Below, piece after piece: positions 57,276 through 64,000 of a stretch of 64,000 nt of DNA. The translations under genes and the position numbers were made by a program. The notes beneath the pieces are model-generated. The model saw only the letters and a program-made list of their open reading frames with translations. It was not told where the DNA came from and ran no database searches. Origin of the DNA: Macrostomum lignano. Taxonomy: Eukaryota. Numbering within the stretch: the stretch's first letter is position 1; each line of letters opens with the position of its first letter. The stretch lies in contig NIVC01001315.1 of the NCBI GenBank assembly GCA_002269645.1, forward strand, positions 186,001 to 250,000. Reading direction: 5' to 3'.

Positions 57276-58325
57276 ATGGCTCCGTTGGAGTTCCTCCCGC
57301 TACTCCTGACCATCCTCCTCTGCGCCCGCGCTGCCGCCGGTTCCAGCGACCGGAGCTCCTTTGACGACGCGTCCGCCTGCGCCCAGCGACCGCCTCCGCG
57401 CCGCAGCCTGACGGAGCGCGTGGGAGGGAAAGTCGTGCGCCAGGAGGTCGAGTTGCGACAGACGGCGGTGCACGGCTGCGTGTGGGCGCTGCCGGGGGGC
57501 AACCGCACCGACTACACCTTGGCGGGCCGCTGCCTGCGCGTCAGCGCCACCATCAGCGTCAGCGAGGAGGACGGCGCCGGCGGCTTTTGGAGGTCGCGCG
57601 CAGTGGCGCCGGCCGACGCCGAGCCGGCGGACCCGCGCCTGACCGGCAAGTGCCGCCTCCGCCGCTCCGTGGACTGCCGTCTGCACCCGGTGGCCTTCTG
57701 GGACCCGCGGCTGCCCTGCGACGAGGCGGCGGCCCTCCGCTGCGCGCAGCTGCCGCGGCTTCACTGGCGCCTGCTGGCGGGCCGCAACGTCAGCCAGACG
57801 CTGATCAGCCTGGTGACTTCGGGGCTGCGCGCCAGAGACGGTGCCGCCTGCGAGTGGGCGCTGCTGGGCGGCTGGGCCGGCGACTTCACTCGCTGGTGGG
57901 CAGCGCCGAGCAGCCGTGCGCGCGGTGCCGCGGCGGCGGCGGCGGCGGCATCGCTGACTGCGTAGCTCCAACGTCGCCGCCTTCGCCACCGCGGATGGGC
58001 TGCGCGGCGCGGCTTGGACCCGACTGCCGCCTGCACCTCACCGCCGCTGACGACCCCGAAGCCGCCTGCCGCCGCTCAAGCCAGCAGCCGCTTCCAGCGT
58101 CGTCGGCGAAGGCGCCAGCAGGGGCAGCGGAGGCGGCGGCAACGGCGGCGACTCCACCGTGGAAGTTGCGGCGACTTCGGCGCTCTTAAGTGCCGTGCTG
58201 GCTGGCTCGTTAGCCGCCAACCTGCGGGCTCTCTGATGAGGGACCAGCCTCTCGGCCTTTTGGCCTTTCAGCTGCTGCTGCTCGGAACTTGGAGACTTCT
58301 TTCGCGTGCTGCCTGCTGCAGCTGA
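57276..58325 (+). CDS. Cys-rich secreted or GPI-anchor-like protein of two internal repeats, interrupted by two compensating frameshifts (~57890 and ~58155)
   Basis: Signal-like MAPLEFLPLLLTILLCARAAAG. Repeat 1: CVWALPGG...DYTLAG...DCRLH...DP..C.....LRC. Repeat 2: CEWALLGG...DFTLVG (frame change)...DCRLH...DP..C...(frame change)CGDFGALKC. Hydrophobic C-terminus LGLLAFQLLLLGTWRLL. Confidence 0.55.
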
Positions 58326-58339
58326 TTGATTCCACTGGG

Positions 58340-58655
58340 TGAATGTTCACCCGCGTGTATACAGGTTCTATCTGAATGTTCACCCTCATCCATACAGACT
58401 CTATCTGAATGTTCACCCGCATGTATACAGACTCTATCTGAATGTTCACCCGCATGCATACAGACTCTATCTGAATGTTCACCCGCACGTATACAGACTC
58501 TATCTGAATGTTCACCCGCATGTATACAGACTCTGTCTGAATGTTCACCCGCATGCATACAGACTCTATCTGAATGTTCACCCGCATGCATACAGACTCT
58601 GTCTGAATGTTCACCCGCATGCATACAGACTCTGTCTGAATGTTCACCCGCGTAC
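58340..58655. repeat. 33-bp minisatellite CTGAATGTTCACCCGCATGTATACAGACTCTAT
   Basis: ~9-10 tandem copies just after the 58325 stop. Confidence 0.93.
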
Positions 58656-60189
58656 GTAGCCATGTACATCCGAAACCCACTGATCCACAATACCAGGTAT
58701 TTATGCACGTTTTTCTGTCTCAGCAATTCATATTTATGCTGATTGCAAGCTCTGTCTGCTCACTGCGCTTCAACCTGTATTCGAATACCTCATGGCACCC
58801 GCAGCACTTCAAGATCCCGGACATCGCAGCTCTTGCTTAAATCATGCCTAAACTGCAGCTGTGTACCGAATCCTCGCACAATAAATTTGTTAATTACAAA
58901 ATAGGCAGAATTTCTTCATTTCACTTTATTTGAGTCGATGAGACCATCCCCAGGAAATCCGACTCAAATTACCGGCTCAAAGATAAACGGCCACTTTAGC
59001 AGCGTGGATCTGCAAATCTGGGCTAAGCGTCGAGCTGAGGAGAAAAATTTGAGTCAACAAAAAATCTATGAATGACGTAAGCGTCTCAGCCGGTGGTCTT
59101 GGCTGAGCCGAACTGGCAGAAATCTGTCAAGTTTTTTTTGCGAAAAATTTGAGCTGCGCGTCCCCGCGGCTTAGGAAGGCCGGATGCTCGGGTTTTCAAT
59201 CTCTAATTTCTCCCCACACGCAGCTCTTCCAGCTTTCACGCTCCGGTGGAGGGGGTGGATGGAGTCTGCTCGGTGCCCCAGTGGCAGTGTCCTAACGGCC
59301 GTGAAATCCTATATATTATACTCCATATTTGAGGCGCTTGGCAAACCTTGGCTGGCCGCGATATGAACTGCGAGTTCTGTCAACACCGTCTGGCACCTTC
59401 TTCTTTCTCCTCTTCAGTCAATTTGGTTTCCCGGCGCGCAAGCAGCGATCCAGCGCTGCATTCCTTGATGTCACTAACTGCATGTGACTGCCATGTCAGT
59501 TAGACTATTTTGGTCAAATATTCCTATTTCGTTTTTACTCTACCTGCAGTTTAACCAACTTATCGATGTTATTATTATTTTACCTTTCCTTATCAGCTAA
59601 AATTGATGCCTCAAGGCTTACGGGGGGAATTGCTGATATGGCAAGGCTTGGGGGCATTGCTAAGACACAAAGGCTGAGGTCAGAAGCACATGTACGAGTA
59701 CATTCTTTGTTTGCTTCCCAACGGGGGGAGTAGATTACTAGACTATATACTAAAATCGTTTATCGGTAGGTAGGTAGGTAGGTAGGTGTGTGTGTGATCG
59801 ATTTTAGAAATATAAATCAACTAAAATTGATGCTTGCTTCCACCTATAATTACTACTGGTAATAGCATGTTAGTAGGCAAAAACGCATGTAACTTTATAA
59901 AATTCCAGATGCCGCAAAAAATTCGCTAAAAATCCGTTCTCAAAATCAGATAAGAACTTGCTGCCATGCAGTTTTGGAATCGCCAGGCGCTGGGGGGAAT
60001 TCTAACGGAGCAGCGCAACTCTCAGCTGTCTTATCATTTAGAGGCCCGGCTTTCCAGCGACTGCGGCTTCTTCTACAGTCAGGGGTTCGGCCTCCATGCA
60101 TGCAAACATGCAAACATGCAATGAACCCTATATAACTGGCTAACGGGTTCTTTGCAACTTCACAATCTGGCCTGCTAATGGTTTATGTC

Positions 60190-61060
60190 TTCTCTCTTCT
60201 CTCCTCTCATCTCCCCCCCATTTCTCTTCTCCCCTCATTTCTCCTCCCCCCTCATCTCCCCTCTTTTCATCTCTACTCTTTAATTATCTATCCTCTCCTC
60301 TCATCTCCCCTCTCCCCTCTTCTCTCCACTCCCCTGATCTCCCCTCTCCCCTCATCTCTCCTCTCCCCTCATCTCTCCTCTCCCCTCATCTCTCCTCTCC
60401 TCATCTCTCCTCTCCCCTCATCTCTCCTCTCCCCTCATCTCTCCTCTCCCCTCCTCTCTCCTCTCCTCATCTCTCCTCTCCCCTCATCTCTCCTGTCCCT
60501 TCGTCTCTCCTCTCTAATCATCTATCCTCTCATCTCATCTCTCCCAACTCCAATCATCTCTGCTCACTCCCACAATTTCTCCTCTCTCTCTCCTCTCTCC
60601 TCTCCCCTCATCTCTCCTCTCCCTTCATCTCTCCTCTCCCCTCTTCTCTCCCCTCCTCCCTCCTCTCCTCATCTCTCCTCTCCTCATCTCTCCTCTGTCC
60701 TCTCCCCTCATCTCTCCTGTCCCTTCATCTCTCCTCTCTAATCATCTATCCTCTCATCTCATCTCTCCCAACTCCAATCATCTCTTCTCACTCCCATAAT
60801 TTCTCCTCTCTCTCCCTTCTCTCCTTTCTCGTCTTATCTATCCTCTCTCCCCTAATCTCTTTTCTCTCCCCTCATCTCTCCTCTCCCCTCCTCTCTCCTC
60901 TCCCCTCGTCTCTCCTCTCCCCTCATCTCTCCTCTCCCCTCCTCTCCTCTCCCCTCCTCTCTCCGCTCCTCATCTCTCCTCTCCCCTCATCTCTCCTCTC
61001 CCCTCTTCTCTCCTGTTCTTTCCTCTTCTCTCTCCTCCATTCCTTCTCCTTTCCTCTCTC
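60190..61060. repeat. Pyrimidine-rich (CT) low-complexity tract, CTCTCCTCTCCCCTCAT-like units
   Basis: Nearly all C/T on the + strand. Confidence 0.9.
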
Positions 61061-61399
61061 ATCTGGCTCGCAGTCATGAGCTGGATTCTTTATCTGGCCC
61101 TTAATAAGGCCCTTAATGTAAGTTTGCCGACCCCTTTTCTAATCAAATGCGAATCCAGTCTGTGAGGACCAGCTGGACTTTGGCCGTTAAAATTATTTGA
61201 CAATATTTTCAACGGTTCTCTGCGGAGAAATTCTGCACGAAGAGTTGCCGCAAACGGAAAGTACTGGGCGGTAAAGTTTTTCTTTCTCAATTTGACTTTA
61301 GCAGTTTTGCAAAGAACTGTGGGTTGAATGCCAGTACACACAGTCTGAAAAGCAAAGAATCGTGTCTTATCTACAGGGCAAGCAGGGGTTGCAGACCCT

Positions 61400-61890
61400 G
61401 AAGCTTCAGGTTGAGTAAGATTAGGAGATAGTACCCCTGAGAAGGGTTTTGGACCCCTGAAAGCTTCAGGTGAGTAAAAGCTGAAGTCCTAAAGCTTCAG
61501 GTGAGTAAAAGCTGAAGTCCTAAAGCTTCAGGTGAGTAAAAGCTGAAGTCCTAAAGCTTCAGGTGAGTAAAAGCTGAAGTCCTAAAGCTTCAGGTGAGTA
61601 AAAGCTGAAGTCCTAAAGCTTCAGGGTGAACAGCAGTTGATTCCCTTAAAGCTTCAGGGTGAACAGCAGTTGATTCCCTTGAAGCTTCAGGGTGAACAGC
61701 AGTTGATTCCCTTGAAGCTTCAGGGTGAACAGCAGTTGATTCCCTTAAAGCTTAAGGGTGAACAGCAGTTGATTCCCTTGAAGCTTCGGGTGAACAGCAG
61801 TTGATTCCCTTAAAGCTTCGGGTGAACAGCAGTTGATCCCCTTAAAGCTTCAGGGTGAACAGCAGTTGATTCAAAGCTTCAGGGTAAACA
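61400..61890 (+). repeat. Compound minisatellite: 31-bp AAAGCTTCAGGTGAGTAAAAGCTGAAGTCCT x5, then 33-bp AAAGCTTCAGGGTGAACAGCAGTTGATTCCCTT x~8
   Basis: Tandem copies sharing the AAGCTTCAGG core. Confidence 0.92.
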
Positions 61891-62388
61891 TAACTTTAAG
61901 CCTTCCTGAAGCTTCATTGTGAGTAAAAATCAGTCACTTGTCGTCACTATTGCCGGGGCCTCCACTTTGGTTCGAATAATTAGTTGGGGAATTTCCATTA
62001 GCAAGCGAGCGCATCGCTAGATCGGATGAAAATCAGCCCCCCCCCGACCTTGAGCGGGGGTTGCACGCGGGCGAGGCGAGGCGGGAAATTCCTGCCCAGC
62101 AAACAATGTAGTGTACATACATTCAATGTACATTGCGGTTATCTTGAAAATCAGGGGCTTATCAAGGGAGCCCCTCGGCCGCTCAGATAAGTTCTAAATT
62201 TAGAAACGCAAGTCCCTAAAAAGAAATAGCGGGGAGAGGGTGGCTGAGTTTGATTTTGAAGAATTTTCCACTACCCCAGACAGCGTGGAAATCCTTCGCC
62301 TGGCCTAATTTTCTCAACTATAAATGCCAGTCAGTCAGTCAGGAAATTCTCAACCAAAGCAATATACATTCCTAGAAAACTCTGCGCC

Positions 62389-63553
62389 ATGCCAGAAAAC
62401 TCGAGCTCCGTTGCCAAGATGCCGGCTAAAGAGAAGCTCCAGCAGGAGGAGCAGGAGCGGCCGCAGCCGCCAACCAGCCGCCAGTACCGCCCGCTGGCCA
62501 CCCGCATCCGCCGCCGCATTGAGAAGGGCCGGCGCTGGTTCTCCTGCGAGTTCTTCCCGCCGCGCACCCCGGCGGCCGCTGTGAACCTCGTCTCCAAGTT
62601 CGACAGCTTCGCCAGGGGCCGGCCGCTGTTCTGCGACGTCACCTGGCACCCGGCCGGAAACCCGGCGGGCGACTCACCCACCTCATCTACCTCGGTGAGA
62701 ATCTCTGGATACTGTGAATTCGACTGGTTTTGTCTAGCATTTAAGAATAACACCCAGCCTTCTCTACTTCTTTATGTAGCATTTCGAGTACTTTTGTGTC
62801 TTCCTGGCGCCTTCTGTGCCTTACTAGCGCAATAATGGCACCTGCTGTGACTCATTGACATCTTGTGTGTCTTCATGGCGCCTTGTGTCTCCATGGTGAT
62901 GGCACCTTTTTTATCACCATGGCTACTTGTGTCTCATTAGCATTTTGTGTGTCTCCATGGCGCTTTGTATCTCCATGGCACTTTGCACCTCCATGACACT
63001 TTCTGTCTCCATGGCATCTTCTGTCTCCATGGCATCTGTCTCCATGGCACCCTGTGTCTCGTTAGCATCTTGTGTCTCCATGGCGTCTTGTGTGTCTCCC
63101 TAAAGCTTAATGTATTCTTCTGTAGCATACTGTCTCCCTGGGCAGTTTGTGTTTCCCTGACGCCTCTACAACAGGATCTAAATTGCAGTCTCCCGCCTCA
63201 TTGCCCTGCGCCAGGTGGCCTCCGCCATGCTGAACTACTGCGGCATCGACACCGTGCTGCACCTGACCTGCGTCGGCCAGACCGAGGCTCGGCTGGTGCG
63301 CGTGCTGGATCGCGCAAAGTCGCTCGGACTCAAAAACATCCTGGCGCTGCGCGGCGACCTGCCCGAAGACGCCGACGGCAACCCAGGCGGCGCCTCAGCC
63401 GCGGCCATCGGCGGCCCGGCCTTTGCCAGCGACCTGGTGCGGCTGATCCGGCGGCGCTATGGCAGCTTCTTCTGCATCGGCGTGGCCGGCTACCCGGCGG
63501 GCCACCCGGAGGCCGCCAGCTACGCCGAGGACCTGCGCCGGCTGAAGGAGAAG
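62389..63553 (+). CDS. MTHFR: Methylenetetrahydrofolate reductase, first two coding exons (62389-62694, 63215-63553); gene continues past the window
   Basis: WFSCEFFPPRT...AVNLVSKFD...FCDVTWHPAGNP; |VASAMLNYCGIDTVLHLTC; GLKNILALRGDLP; ASDLVRLIR; IGVAGYPAGHPEA; DLRRLKEK|gt. Phase-0 GT-AG intron. Confidence 0.95.
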
Positions 63554-63674
63554 GTTGGGGCGGGTTCTGTGCTGAGCACATGGCTGAGTCACTGCTCACA
63601 GCTGCTCACAGCTGTTAATAAGGCAGCTGTTAATTCTTGGGTTTCTCTGCTCAAATTTGTACTTGTCTGTCTCC

Positions 63675-64000
63675 CTCTTCTCCCTTCTCCCCTTCCTCCC
63701 TTCTCCCCTTCCTCCCTTCTCCCCTTCCTCCCTTCTCCCCTTCCTCCCTTCTCCCCTTCCTCCCTTCTCCCCTTCCTCCCTTCTCCCCTTCCTCCCTTCT
63801 CCCCTTCCTCCCTTCTCCCCTTCCTCCCTTCTCCCCTTCCTCCCTTCTCCCCTTCCTCCCTTCTCCCCTTCCTCCCTTCTCCCCTTCCTCCCTTCTCCCC
63901 TTCCTCCCTTCTCCCCTTCCTCCCTTCTCCCCTTCCTCCCTTCTCCCCTTCCTCCCTTCTCCCCTTCCTCCCTTCTCCCCTTCCTCCCTTCTCGCCTTCC
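63675..64000. repeat. 16-bp repeat CCCTTCTCCCCTTCCT in MTHFR intron 2
   Basis: Tandem copies running to the window end. Confidence 0.97.

Noticed and set aside
57300-57989. 229-aa minus-strand ORF
   Set aside because: GC-rich antisense shadow of the Cys-rich gene, with no recognisable motif.
60178-60741. 187-aa Leu/Ser/Pro ORF
   Set aside because: Translation of a CT-rich low-complexity tract.

Overview
Eukaryotic (metazoan) genomic DNA. GC-rich spliced exons sit among AT-rich spacers, many locus-specific minisatellites and small transposons. This architecture resembles the flatworm Macrostomum lignano, but that attribution is inference from style only. Host genes I could reconstruct with GT-AG boundaries and consistent phase: a sigma-like glutathione S-transferase (8442-10065 +), RNA polymerase I subunit RPA43 (25421-26077 +), a NEMP/TMEM194 nuclear-envelope protein (27370-30180 +), an 11-exon INPP5A-type inositol 5-phosphatase (32634-45199 -), a head-to-head pair of cholinesterase-fold membrane proteins (47713-49775 - and 50013-52048 +), and the first two coding exons of MTHFR (62389-63553 +, continuing past the window). 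Also present: a damaged Rab7/32-like gene split by a LOA-like non-LTR retrotransposon, two paralogous His-rich secreted peptide genes, a Cys-rich two-domain gene with compensating frameshifts, a solo LTR, a nested MULE and several MITE/foldback elements with target-site duplications. Most notable: (1) both esterase-fold genes have Asp in place of the catalytic Ser (GLDAG) but keep the Glu and His, and share a ~775-nt near-identical inverted tract; (2) the His-rich secreted pair; (3) a retroelement missing both endonuclease and RNase H, with ORF1 fused in frame to RT; (4) minisatellites that amplify functional gene punctuation (a splice donor, a stop codon). All homology calls are from motif recognition, not database searches. 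Several single-base frameshifts could be assembly errors.
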